Assembly (NCBI GenBank): GCA_964589175.1
Contig: CAZPRY010000001.1
Coordinates: 56,253 to 120,252 of the forward strand
Origin: an uncultured bacterium
Lineage (GTDB): Bacteria > Fidelibacterota > UBA2242
Direction: 5' to 3'
DNA length: 64,000 nucleotides
Made by a program: the position numbers and the translations under genes. The notes under the pieces were generated by a model. It was not told where the DNA came from and did no database searches. It saw nothing but the letters and a program-made list of their open reading frames with translations. This document shows, one piece after another, positions 56,050 to 64,000 of the stretch. Numbering within the stretch: position 1 is the first letter of the stretch; each line of letters opens with the position of its first letter.

Positions 56050-57726
56050 TTAAAAATCGCGCCGAAACGAACGCAGCCCCATCCGGTAGAAATGGATCGT
56101 TATTATCACGGATACGATCGTGATGATGATTAGGGCGTTGCGAAACAGGGCAAATCCCGCAATGCCGGCGGCGCTGTCTTCGAAATAAATCTTAATTGGG
56201 AACATGAGCAGGGCGATTACGAACACGATATAGATCAGGCTCAGCAGAAAGCTGAGCGTCGCCCCCTGGGACGATGAAATCCGGATCGGGCTCTTCTCAC
56301 TGTAATTAGCAAAGGCGCCGCCCATGCCGAAATTAAGGGATGTCAGGGCGCTGCTCATGCAAACGATCACCAGCGCGCCCATGACGGTCAGGGTGCGTGA
56401 GAAGTGGTAGTTGGAGAAGTAACTCAGGAATTCGCCGGCGATCAGAACGATCACAAAAAACGGCAGCAGTTTGCGATTCATCAGGACATGCGCAGGGATC
56501 GGTGCGCTACGTAATCTCCAGAATGTGGGCCCTTCCAGGCTGATCAGCGGGTAGACGAAACGCAAGGCCAGGGAGGAGATCAGGAAGGCGTTGAAGGAGT
56601 AGACGGTTAGATAGATCAGGGTCTGCAACTGCGTGTTGCGTGCGCCAAGCAGGCTGACGCGCGTCAGGCTGCCCACAAAAATCAGGATCAGAAATATAAT
56701 AACTGCGAAGTGGACGATTTGACTTGGCTCACGCACGAAGTTGAGTAAATCCCGCTTCAGAATGGCCTCCGTGCGGGGTGCGAAGATCGACGATTGGGCA
56801 AATAACGCACCGTCGGACAGCCGGTTTTGGGAACGGTGGCTTTTCAAGGCGGGCAGTGACAGCCAGGTTTTGTAGTAGAGTCGGTAGCCCAGAAACAGCG
56901 TCACTCCGAGGAAGACGAGGCAGAAGCCGAATTGATAGAAAATATAGCGCGCCGACTCCGCCAGGTTGCCTTTGACGATCCAGAAAAGCGAGGAGGCCAG
57001 CCAGTTGTTGGGCAGCAGTTTGATGCCCAGCGGCAGCAGGTTGCCGAAGTACTGATTGACATCGGGATAATGCTCGAGAACCGCATTGACGAGGCGGATG
57101 GGCGAGGTTCCCCGGAAAAACCCGAAGAACACGAAGAAATAGCCGGTCGCAAGAACGAGGATCACCGGCTTCAGGCCGATCCGGGTCGCGACGCGCAGAA
57201 CGAGTAAAAGGATCAGGACGCCGATTAATCCGGCGCTGAAAATAAAAGGCAGGAAGTCGAACAGGATCACCGCGGCGGTCGTGAAGAAACCGAGTTTGAA
57301 ATAGTGCGCATACGCCAGGATGGCAGACAGCAAAATCATGATGAGAGTCGCCGAACTGTAAAAGAAGTTATCCAGAAATTTGATCAGGAAGATTGTGGTC
57401 GGCTGCACCGGTTTGGTCATCAGGTAGGTCACCTCGCCCGATTTGTAGAGGGTGGAATAGGAGACGATAATGTTGCCGATATTGACCGTCACGAAAAAGA
57501 CAAACAGCGCCATGGAGATGAACTGGTGCAGCAGGAACAGGCCGATTTTGGTCTGGGTCAGGGTGTACTGCAGAATCGCATGCGAGAAGATGTAGGTGCC
57601 GACGGCGAAAGCGATATAGACCAGGGAGGCGCCCAGGCTGCGGGTGATAATACCCAGGCTGAGATTCTTCTGAATTTTAACGAACGCCAGAAATTTGTAG
57701 CGCAGAATGTGGAAAATTTGCAGCAT
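56050..57726 (-). CDS. ABC exporter permease (putative ABC-2/ABC_export-type, ~12 TM)
   Basis: 558 aa and highly hydrophobic. It lies immediately downstream of, and abutting, the ABC ATPase gene (57727). Confidence 0.65.
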   Translation of the reverse strand: MLQIFHILRYKFLAFVKIQKNLSLGIITRSLGASLVYIAFAVGTYIFSHAILQYTLTQTKIGLFLLHQFISMALFVFFVTVNIGNIIVSYSTLYKSGEVTYLMTKPVQPTTIFLIKFLDNFFYSSATLIMILLSAILAYAHYFKLGFFTTAAVILFDFLPFIFSAGLIGVLILLLVLRVATRIGLKPVILVLATGYFFVFFGFFRGTSPIRLVNAVLEHYPDVNQYFGNLLPLGIKLLPNNWLASSLFWIVKGNLAESARYIFYQFGFCLVFLGVTLFLGYRLYYKTWLSLPALKSHRSQNRLSDGALFAQSSIFAPRTEAILKRDLLNFVREPSQIVHFAVIIFLILIFVGSLTRVSLLGARNTQLQTLIYLTVYSFNAFLISSLALRFVYPLISLEGPTFWRLRSAPIPAHVLMNRKLLPFFVIVLIAGEFLSYFSNYHFSRTLTVMGALVIVCMSSALTSLNFGMGGAFANYSEKSPIRISSSQGATLSFLLSLIYIVFVIALLMFPIKIYFEDSAAGIAGFALFRNALIIITIVSVIITIHFYRMGLRSFRRDF

Positions 57727-58449
57727 CTAATCGGCCGTCAGTTCGATGAAGAGTTGTTCGAAATTGTGATTTTTCTGCGATTTCAGAAGTTCGAGGGCGG
57801 CGATCTTATCGTCGAAGATAATCCGGCCGCGGTTGATGATGCTGACCCGGCTGCAGATTTCCTCGGCGACATTCAGGCTGTGCGTGGACATAAAAATGGT
57901 CGTTCCCCGGGCCGCCTGCTGCCGCAGGAATTGCTTGACGATGTGCGCGGTTTGCGGGTCCAGGCCGACCATCGGTTCGTCGATGACAATCAGCCCCGGT
58001 TCATGCAGAAAGGCCGAAGCGATCGTGATTCTCTGCCGCATCCCCTGGGAGTACTCCTCGGTGCGCTGGTCCAGCCAGTCGCCGATCTTGAGAAGTTCCA
58101 CGATCTCGGCGATGCGGTTGTGAAGCCGGGATTTGGGGAGCCCATAGAGGCCGCCGGAGAAGTAGAGAAATTCCCGCCCGGTGAGTTTATCGTACAGGAA
58201 GGGCTGGTCCGGAATATAGCCGATCTGGGCTTTGGCCTCCAAGGGATTGGCGGTGACATCATGGCCGTTCAGTGAAATTGTGCCGGATGTGAGCGAATAT
58301 AATCCGACGATCATTTTGATGGTGGTCGTCTTGCCGGCTCCGTTGGGCCCCAAAAACCCAAACAGTTCGCCTTTCGGCACGACCAAGTTGATATGATCGA
58401 CGGCGGTGAAACTTCCGAAATTCTTGGATACATTGTTGAGTTGTAGCAT
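57727..58449 (-). CDS. ABC transporter ATP-binding protein
   Basis: Walker A GPNGAGKTTT, signature YSQGMRQR, Walker B LIVIDEP and an H-loop are all present. Confidence 0.85.
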   Translation of the reverse strand: MLQLNNVSKNFGSFTAVDHINLVVPKGELFGFLGPNGAGKTTTIKMIVGLYSLTSGTISLNGHDVTANPLEAKAQIGYIPDQPFLYDKLTGREFLYFSGGLYGLPKSRLHNRIAEIVELLKIGDWLDQRTEEYSQGMRQRITIASAFLHEPGLIVIDEPMVGLDPQTAHIVKQFLRQQAARGTTIFMSTHSLNVAEEICSRVSIINRGRIIFDDKIAALELLKSQKNHNFEQLFIELTAD

Positions 58450-58473
58450 AAGCCAACCTCGGGGGCGCTTGCT

Positions 58474-59334
58474 CTAATGCTGTTTCCGGGTCGGGTGCAG
58501 CAGATCGGAAAAAAGCTTGGAGAACGGCGCAGCTGCTTTTTCAACCGGTTTTGAATCCGCTTTGGGTTCGGCGTTTTCGGATTTTTTCTCGTCCAGTATT
58601 TTCTGTCTTTCCTGATAGATCTCCTCGCTCTCGATGGCGCCGATCACGTTGGAGAGATCATTCTGGGAATTGAACACCGGGTAAAAAACGATATAGCATT
58701 CTTTAGATTCGCCGGCCGCACCGAGCCGTATCATTTTCTTCATCGGGATATTTTTGACTTTTTTAATGTCGTTGGCCAGTAGCGTGAAATTGAGGCCTTC
58801 GATGATTTCGTCGACGAATTTGCCATAAATATATTTGGGTTCAATCTCAAAATCCAGCATAAAGCGTTTGCTAACCTTGGTAATTTGCCCGGAAATGTCC
58901 GAGATGAAGAGAGGCCGGTCGATTTTCGCCAGCAGGAAATTGATGGTGTTGGAAATCGAACTGATTTTGAGGGTTTTCATGGTATTCAGGCTGTAGAGCC
59001 GGGTATTGATTTCCAGGATTTTCTGGCCCAGTACATCCAGTTTCTTAAGGTAATCCTCGGGCGAGTATTTGCCCTGCTTGGAGAGTTCGATGAGTTTGTC
59101 CAGTACATTCAGAATCTGTTTGCCCTTCGCGAAAGTTACCCAGAAAGTAAAAATGATTACCAGGAGCGCGATCATGGTCAGGTATAAAAACTGTTCAGCG
59201 AAGTATTTCAGGCTGATTGGATTGGACGGGTCCAGCTGGATAAATTGCCGGTAGCTCAGAATTCCGAGCAGAATAAAGAGCACCATCGTCGTGATGAAAA
59301 TGAAATATATGTAGGATTTTTTGATGATGATCAT
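58474..59334 (-). CDS. Hypothetical membrane protein (2 TM + cytoplasmic domain)
   Basis: 286 aa. It has two N-terminal TM helices, a Lys-rich soluble region and an AT-rich coding sequence. Its start codon abuts the ktrA stop (59335). Confidence 0.45.
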   Translation of the reverse strand: MIIIKKSYIYFIFITTMVLFILLGILSYRQFIQLDPSNPISLKYFAEQFLYLTMIALLVIIFTFWVTFAKGKQILNVLDKLIELSKQGKYSPEDYLKKLDVLGQKILEINTRLYSLNTMKTLKISSISNTINFLLAKIDRPLFISDISGQITKVSKRFMLDFEIEPKYIYGKFVDEIIEGLNFTLLANDIKKVKNIPMKKMIRLGAAGESKECYIVFYPVFNSQNDLSNVIGAIESEEIYQERQKILDEKKSENAEPKADSKPVEKAAAPFSKLFSDLLHPTRKQH

Positions 59335-60027
59335 TTATAGATCCTTTAGTCTTTCGATTTCACGCTCCGCCCCCACCACGACCATGATATCATTTTTCTG
59401 CACGGTTGTCAGAGGCCCGGGAAAGCTGATCGTCTCTTCCTCCTGCGGGTTGCCCATCTCGTCCACGTTCATCTGGATGCGTTTGATCGTGATGACGTTG
59501 ATATTAAACTTTTTGCGCAGATCGAGTTCCTGCAGGGTTTTCCCGAAAAAGGATTTGGGGGCCAGCACTTCGGCCAGAATCTGGTTCTTGCCGATCGGGA
59601 TTTTTTCGACGATATCAGGCGAGATCAGGCGATTGGCAAGACGATTGCCCTCTTCGATTTCGATGTTGATCACCTCGGTAGCCCCGACCTGCCGCAGCAC
59701 CTGGGCGTGGATATCCGAAATGGCGCGCGCGATGATATGGGGAACGCTCAGATTTTTGAGAATCGCAGTGGTCAGAATGCTGGATTCGATATTTTCACCG
59801 ATTCCGACGATGGCGATATCGACATCCTCTATCGGAGCGGCTTTCAGTGATTCCTCATCGGTGCTGTCGATCAGGATCGCCTGAGTAACGAGATTTTTAA
59901 TTTTCTCGATTTGGCCGACCTTATGATCGACGGCGATTACCTGGCTGCCTTTTTCGGCCAGGACGCGGCATACTTCGAGCCCGAATGAGCCAAGACCGAA
60001 CACGGCGAATACTTTTTCTTTGGGCAT
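59335..60027 (-). CDS. ktrA: K+ uptake system regulatory subunit (TrkA/KtrA, RCK N+C domains)
   Basis: The Rossmann motif is FAVFGLGSFGLEVCRVLAEKGSQVIAVD, and there is a C-terminal TrkA-C domain. Confidence 0.8.
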   Translation of the reverse strand: MPKEKVFAVFGLGSFGLEVCRVLAEKGSQVIAVDHKVGQIEKIKNLVTQAILIDSTDEESLKAAPIEDVDIAIVGIGENIESSILTTAILKNLSVPHIIARAISDIHAQVLRQVGATEVINIEIEEGNRLANRLISPDIVEKIPIGKNQILAEVLAPKSFFGKTLQELDLRKKFNINVITIKRIQMNVDEMGNPQEEETISFPGPLTTVQKNDIMVVVGAEREIERLKDL

Positions 60028-60095
60028 TGTTTATACCTCCGGATCTAAGATGATTTTATGAATTGGCAAGCGGTATAGTGCTCTCATTTTGAGTA

Positions 60096-61835
60096 TTACC
60101 CGATCAATACGTTACCTTCGGGGTAGCGGATTTGCAGTTTGCTCTGTTTACGCGAAAGCGCCACGATCAGGGTCAGTGGTCCGATGCGCCCGATAAACAT
60201 TAAGATGATGATGACGATTTTGCCTGCGCCCGACAGCGCCCCCGTAATTCCGAGGGAGAGCCCGACGGTGCCGAAGGCCGAAACGACTTCGAACAGAATC
60301 TCTTCAAAGGCAAAGTTCTCGCTGATCGATAGAATCAGCGCGCCCATGAAAACGGCGATAATCGCCAAAATTACGATGAAGAACGATTTATTGACGAGGT
60401 CTTTGGAAATGGAGTGGTTCATCAGCGTCGTATTTTCACGACCGCGGAAGATCGAATACAGGTAGGCGTAGATGACGGTAAAGGTATTGACCTTGATGCC
60501 GCCGGCGGTCGAACCGGAAGCCCCGCCGATGAACATGAAAAGCATCATAATCAAAAGCGTGTTGATATGCAGTTTGGCCAGGTTGATGGTGTTGAATCCC
60601 GCGGTACGCAGCGTAACGGACTGGAAAAAAGCATTCAGATATTGCGTTTTGAGGTCTTTGGTCAGCAGAATACTGCCGTGTTCAAAGCCGTAGATCAGCA
60701 GCGTACCGCCCAGGATCAGAATACCCGTCATGATCAGCACGGCTTTGGCATTCAGGTTCAATTTGGCTCCCCGAACCCGTTTTCTAAACATGTTGCGAAC
60801 GCGCGAAATGACGATCTCGATCAGGTTGAAAATCACGGGAAAACTAATTCCGCCCAAAATTATCAGCAAACATATGATCATGTTCATCGGGGTGCTGGAT
60901 TGAAAATTCTCCAGGCTGTTGGTGAACAGCGCGAAGCCCGCATTGCAGAAGGCCGAAACCGCATGAAAGGCGGAGAACAGCAGCGTTTGAGCGGTAAAGC
61001 CGAAGAGATCGCTGAATTCATTAAAGAGGAAAATGGCCCCGATGATCTCAATGGCGAAAGTGATGATGATGATTTTGGCGATGGATTCTGAAATTTTGTG
61101 CAGATCCTGTTCATTTAGCAGGTATGACATCGCCAGTTTTTCTTCCAGCGAAATTCGTTTGCCGACGACAAACGCGCCGAAGTAAGATAATATCATGATA
61201 CCCAGTCCGCCGATCTGGATCAGGATCATGATGATGATCTGGCCGTAGACCGTGAATTTCGTGGCGGTGTCGACCACGATCAGTCCGGTCACGCAGACCG
61301 CCGAGGTTGACGTGAAGAGCGCTTCCATGGCATGCAGCTCGCCGTTCGAGGCGAAGGGCAGCATCAGGAGGATGCCGCCAACCACGATGATGATGAAAAA
61401 ACTGGTGACAATGGTTTGCGCCGGATGGGTTGTGATCGATTTGATGAAATAGTTCAGGCGTTTGATGCGGCCGAGAATTTTTAAGGCGACAAAGGCGTTG
61501 CGCAGGATAATAATATTGGTGGAGACCACGGTCAGGTTGCCATGCGCAACCCGAAAGGAGGTGATTTTATTCAGGATAAACAGAGTAACCAGCACCGTCA
61601 ACAGCAGCAGGCTGAAGAGATTGAAGCGCAGGAAGTTCAGTTTACGCGGGGCCGCGACGAAGCGCAAGACGGTTTCAGTGATGAACAGAATGATAATGGC
61701 ATAATCGACAATATTGATAAAGAGCCGCACATGCGGATCGGGGGAAGCTCCATGCTCGAAAAAGAGCGTGACGATTCCCAGGAAAAGGACGATCAGAATC
61801 AGTCGATCGAGTATATTTTTATTCATTGTCTTCAT
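60096..61835 (-). CDS. trkH: TrkH/KtrB-family K+ transporter with N-terminal extension
   Basis: 579 aa with multiple M-P-M repeats carrying Gly-rich selectivity-filter-like loops (IGGLG, TAGFN, GGASGSTAGGIK, GTVGLSLG). The ~120-aa extra N-terminal region resembles an ion-channel S5/S6 hairpin. Confidence 0.8.
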   Translation of the reverse strand: MKTMNKNILDRLILIVLFLGIVTLFFEHGASPDPHVRLFINIVDYAIIILFITETVLRFVAAPRKLNFLRFNLFSLLLLTVLVTLFILNKITSFRVAHGNLTVVSTNIIILRNAFVALKILGRIKRLNYFIKSITTHPAQTIVTSFFIIIVVGGILLMLPFASNGELHAMEALFTSTSAVCVTGLIVVDTATKFTVYGQIIIMILIQIGGLGIMILSYFGAFVVGKRISLEEKLAMSYLLNEQDLHKISESIAKIIIITFAIEIIGAIFLFNEFSDLFGFTAQTLLFSAFHAVSAFCNAGFALFTNSLENFQSSTPMNMIICLLIILGGISFPVIFNLIEIVISRVRNMFRKRVRGAKLNLNAKAVLIMTGILILGGTLLIYGFEHGSILLTKDLKTQYLNAFFQSVTLRTAGFNTINLAKLHINTLLIMMLFMFIGGASGSTAGGIKVNTFTVIYAYLYSIFRGRENTTLMNHSISKDLVNKSFFIVILAIIAVFMGALILSISENFAFEEILFEVVSAFGTVGLSLGITGALSGAGKIVIIILMFIGRIGPLTLIVALSRKQSKLQIRYPEGNVLIG

Positions 61836-62002
61836 TCAGATAACCATGTATTCCCAATGTCAATTACGACGAACTTTCACTTTTTTTTGAAAATATGCAA
61901 CCTAATCCGCATATGCAAACTTTTGCTGCGGATTTGGGACTCGCACACTTGCATTGGCCGGGGGGCTGATCTAAATTCCGATTCATTAAGAGGAGTAAAA
62001 CA

Positions 62003-63334
62003 ATGGATTTGTTCAAGCAAGATAAAAAACGGGAAGAGATCTTGGCGCCGCTGGCCGAGCGGATGCGTCCGGTGCGGGCGGAAGATTTTATCGGTCAGCA
62101 GGAGATATTCGGGGAGGGCAAAATCCTGCGGCAGGTGCTCCAGGCCCAAAAGGTTTTTTCGATGATTCTGTGGGGACCGCCCGGTTCCGGTAAAACCACA
62201 CTGGCGAAGCTCGTTTCGCGGCAGGTTCAGGCCCAATTCTACCAGGTCAATGCGGTTGCGGCGGGCGTGAAAGACATCCGCAAGGTTATCGATCAGTCGC
62301 AGGTAAACCGCCGTAATGGTCTGCGGACAATCCTGTTCATCGATGAAATTCACCGATTCAATAAAGCCCAGCAGGACGCCCTGCTGCATGCCGTGGAAGA
62401 TGGTTCTGTTACTCTGATCGGCGCAACCACGGAGAATCCGTCTTTCGAGGTCATTGCGCCGCTGCTCTCACGCTGCAGGGTGTTAAAATTGCACTATTTA
62501 TCAGAAGAAGAACTTGGTCAAATTCTGGATGCGGCATTGGCGAGAGACCCGGTGCTGCGGGAGTATCGCGCCGAGATTGATGCTGAAACCCGGGCGTTTT
62601 TATTGGGACAGGTCGGCGGCGATGCCCGCAAATTGCTCAACACCCTCGAAATCTGTCTGCAATTGTCGGCTGTCGCGGCCGGCGAGATCCTGCAGATTCG
62701 CCTGCCCCTGGTGCGGGAAGCGCTGCAGCAGAAGCATCTTCTCTACGATAAAAAAGGGGACTACCATTACGATATCATCTCCGCCTTTATCAAAAGCATC
62801 CGCGGCAGTGATCCCGATGCCGGACTCTACTGGCTGTCAGTGATGCTCGAAGGCGGCGAGGATCCGCTGTTTATTGCCAGACGACTGATCATCCTGGCCA
62901 GTGAAGATGTCGGCAATGCGGCACCGCTGGCGTTAAACATCATGGTTTCGGGGTATCAGGCCGTGCACGCGATCGGCATGCCCGAAGGCGCCATCGTCCT
63001 GGCTCAAATGACGACCTACCTGGCATCCCTGCCCAAAAGCAATGCCTCCTATCTGGGACTGCAAGCGGCATTGGCAGAAGTACGGGGGGGAGAAGCTCCG
63101 GACGTTCCGCTTCACCTGCGGAATGCCCCCACCGGGCTGATGAAAGCCATGAATTACGGTAAAGATTATCAGTATGCTCACGATCATCCCGGCCATTTTG
63201 TGCAGGAAAACTATTTTCCCCGGGATGTGCAACCGCGGGCTTTCTACCAGCCTACGGAACAGGGCAAAGAACTGTCGATCCGCAATCATCTCAGGGAATT
63301 ATGGGGGAATAGATATAGTAGCAGTAGTAAATAA
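62003..63334 (+). CDS. rarA: Replication-associated recombination protein A (MgsA/RarA AAA+ ATPase)
   Basis: 443 aa. Walker A is GPPGSGKTT and Walker B is [11 protein letters not shown]. The MgsA C-terminal domain is conserved throughout. Confidence 0.9.
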   Translation: MDLFKQDKKREEILAPLAERMRPVRAEDFIGQQEIFGEGKILRQVLQAQKVFSMILWGPPGSGKTTLAKLVSRQVQAQFYQVNAVAAGVKDIRKVIDQSQVNRRNGLRTILFIDEIHRFNKAQQDALLHAVEDGSVTLIGATTENPSFEVIAPLLSRCRVLKLHYLSEEELGQILDAALARDPVLREYRAEIDAETRAFLLGQVGGDARKLLNTLEICLQLSAVAAGEILQIRLPLVREALQQKHLLYDKKGDYHYDIISAFIKSIRGSDPDAGLYWLSVMLEGGEDPLFIARRLIILASEDVGNAAPLALNIMVSGYQAVHAIGMPEGAIVLAQMTTYLASLPKSNASYLGLQAALAEVRGGEAPDVPLHLRNAPTGLMKAMNYGKDYQYAHDHPGHFVQENYFPRDVQPRAFYQPTEQGKELSIRNHLRELWGNRYSSSSK

Positions 63335-63619
63335 GAATAACAATATTTTGTATAATTATGTAAATATACGATTATTAGCGACATAACCGGCAAGTGTTTT
63401 AGATTATTATTAACTATTCCCCAATTGGATAATTTCTGTTAAATACAATTGGGCGCTTAATAATGTCATGCCAATATTTTCCCGGATATTTTGATGTACA
63501 AGTACATATTTATATTTAGATGATTATAAACACAAAATATTTTTTATTACATGACTTGACATTTTTAATTATTTCTATTAGTTTGAGTGGTAGAAATAAA
63601 ACCCTGGAGGGTCAGGTAA

Positions 63620-63865
63620 ATGAAAAGGAAAATTGTCCGTGTGGGTGCGAGTTTATGTATATTATTGCCCAAAGATGTTATCAAAAGCATGGATTGGGAC
63701 TTTGGCGATACGGTTGACCTGATACTGGATGAGGAAAGCGAGAAGGTAATCCTAAAGAATCCCCGAGAAGAAAAGGATGAGAAGCAGACCTACCTGGAAG
63801 ACTTCGATGCGTTTTTGCGGGAATATGAGAACGTGTTAACCGAAGTGGATATTCGCAAAGAGTAA
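63620..63865 (+). CDS. SpoVT/AbrB-domain small protein (MazE/AbrB-like antitoxin or regulator)
   Basis: 81 aa. MKRKIVRVGASLCILLPKDVIKSMDWDFGDTVDLILDEESEKVILKNP matches the swapped-hairpin AbrB/MazE pattern (vkrwGnS.av.iP...l.......d.v.l..........). A GGAGGG RBS lies 9 nt upstream. The upstream 285 bp is very AT-rich. Confidence 0.5.
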   Translation: MKRKIVRVGASLCILLPKDVIKSMDWDFGDTVDLILDEESEKVILKNPREEKDEKQTYLEDFDAFLREYENVLTEVDIRKE

Positions 63866-63890
63866 GCTAAGGGAATGCTTTGAGGTAAAC

Positions 63891-64000
63891 ATGAAAAGGA
63901 AAATAATCAGAGTAGGATCGAGTAGAGGCGTACTGTTGCCGCGCGAAGTTACGCGCGCCATGAGCTGGGATTTCGGAACGGAGATTGATCTGAATGTGGA
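63891..64000 (+). CDS. Second, tandem paralog of the SpoVT/AbrB-domain small protein (3' end outside window)
   Basis: MKRKIIRVGSSRGVLLPREVTRAMSWDFGTEIDLNV... shares register and motif with the preceding gene. It starts 26 nt after that gene's stop. Confidence 0.45.
   Translation, partial: MKRKIIRVGSSRGVLLPREVTRAMSWDFGTEIDLNV

Noticed and set aside
57304-58275. 323-aa plus-strand ORF across the ABC ATPase/permease junction
   Set aside because: It is antisense to two strongly supported ABC genes and has a charged low-complexity sequence.
60414-62165. Plus-strand ORFs (60414-61091, 61542-62165) inside trkH and reaching into the rarA upstream region
   Set aside because: They are antisense to the TrkH frame, which has canonical selectivity-filter loops.
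1-64000. tRNA, rRNA, CRISPR, IS elements and integrases
   Set aside because: No tRNA-like T-arm or acceptor patterns, rRNA-like segments, short regularly spaced repeats, transposase or integrase ORFs were found by reading both strands. The AT-rich insertions lack recognisable att duplications.

Overview
GC-rich (roughly mid-50s % by eye) chromosomal segment. Several Por_Secre_tail-type T9SS C-terminal sorting domains, a PorV/PorQ-like outer-membrane protein and a TonB-dependent receptor with no SusD partner suggest an FCB-superphylum bacterium outside classical Bacteroidia. No rRNA, tRNA or CRISPR array was seen.

Layout, left to right:
(1) 3' end of a histidine operon, 1-4092: hisC (5'-truncated by the window), hisB, hisH, hisA, hisF, hisIE.
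(2) A conspicuously AT-rich two-gene insertion on the minus strand, 4213-6043: a DUF4143-type AAA+ ATPase with a C-terminal PD-(D/E)xK-like motif, and a small HEPN-like protein, with palindromic operator-like sites upstream. This is the best candidate for an undescribed defence-type module.
(3) A 47-aa Cys/His-rich small ORF, then slyD.
(4) Two tandem LacI regulators, then an ~19 kb plus-strand glycan (mannan?) utilisation-like locus, 9550-28560: a 4x CBM-like-repeat T9SS protein, TonB-dependent receptor, PorV-like OMP, a 1202-aa FN3/Ca-binding giant protein, parvulin PPIase, GH26 mannanase with T9SS tail, MBL-fold hydrolase with N-terminal CBM, and a sulfatase.
(5) A TAT-signal QueG/reductive-dehalogenase-superfamily Fe-S protein.
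(6) A ~10 kb minus-strand operon of five T9SS-tailed surface proteins, 29872-40154: VIT-vWA, vWA, two tandem paralogs built of ~52-aa propeller-like repeats, and VIT-vWA. Three copies of a near-identical 3' DNA repeat lie in this operon.
(7) Peptidoglycan-recycling-like genes: two class-C beta-lactamase-like serine hydrolases, DUF1343/NamZ-like, and a VanX D-Ala-D-Ala dipeptidase.
(8) A small membrane protein plus a 615-aa membrane/coiled-coil protein (TIGR03546/TIGR03545-like pair).
(9) rluA followed by an unusual TrpF-Smr fusion.
(10) Two hypothetical exported proteins, then lgt.
(11) An Aas-like tri-domain protein (acyl-AMP ligase, carrier domain, PlsC acyltransferase).
(12) A minus-strand ABC exporter plus KtrA/TrkH operon, then rarA.
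(13) At the window edge, a sharply AT-rich segment with tandem paralogous AbrB/MazE-like small genes, probably the start of another acquired island.
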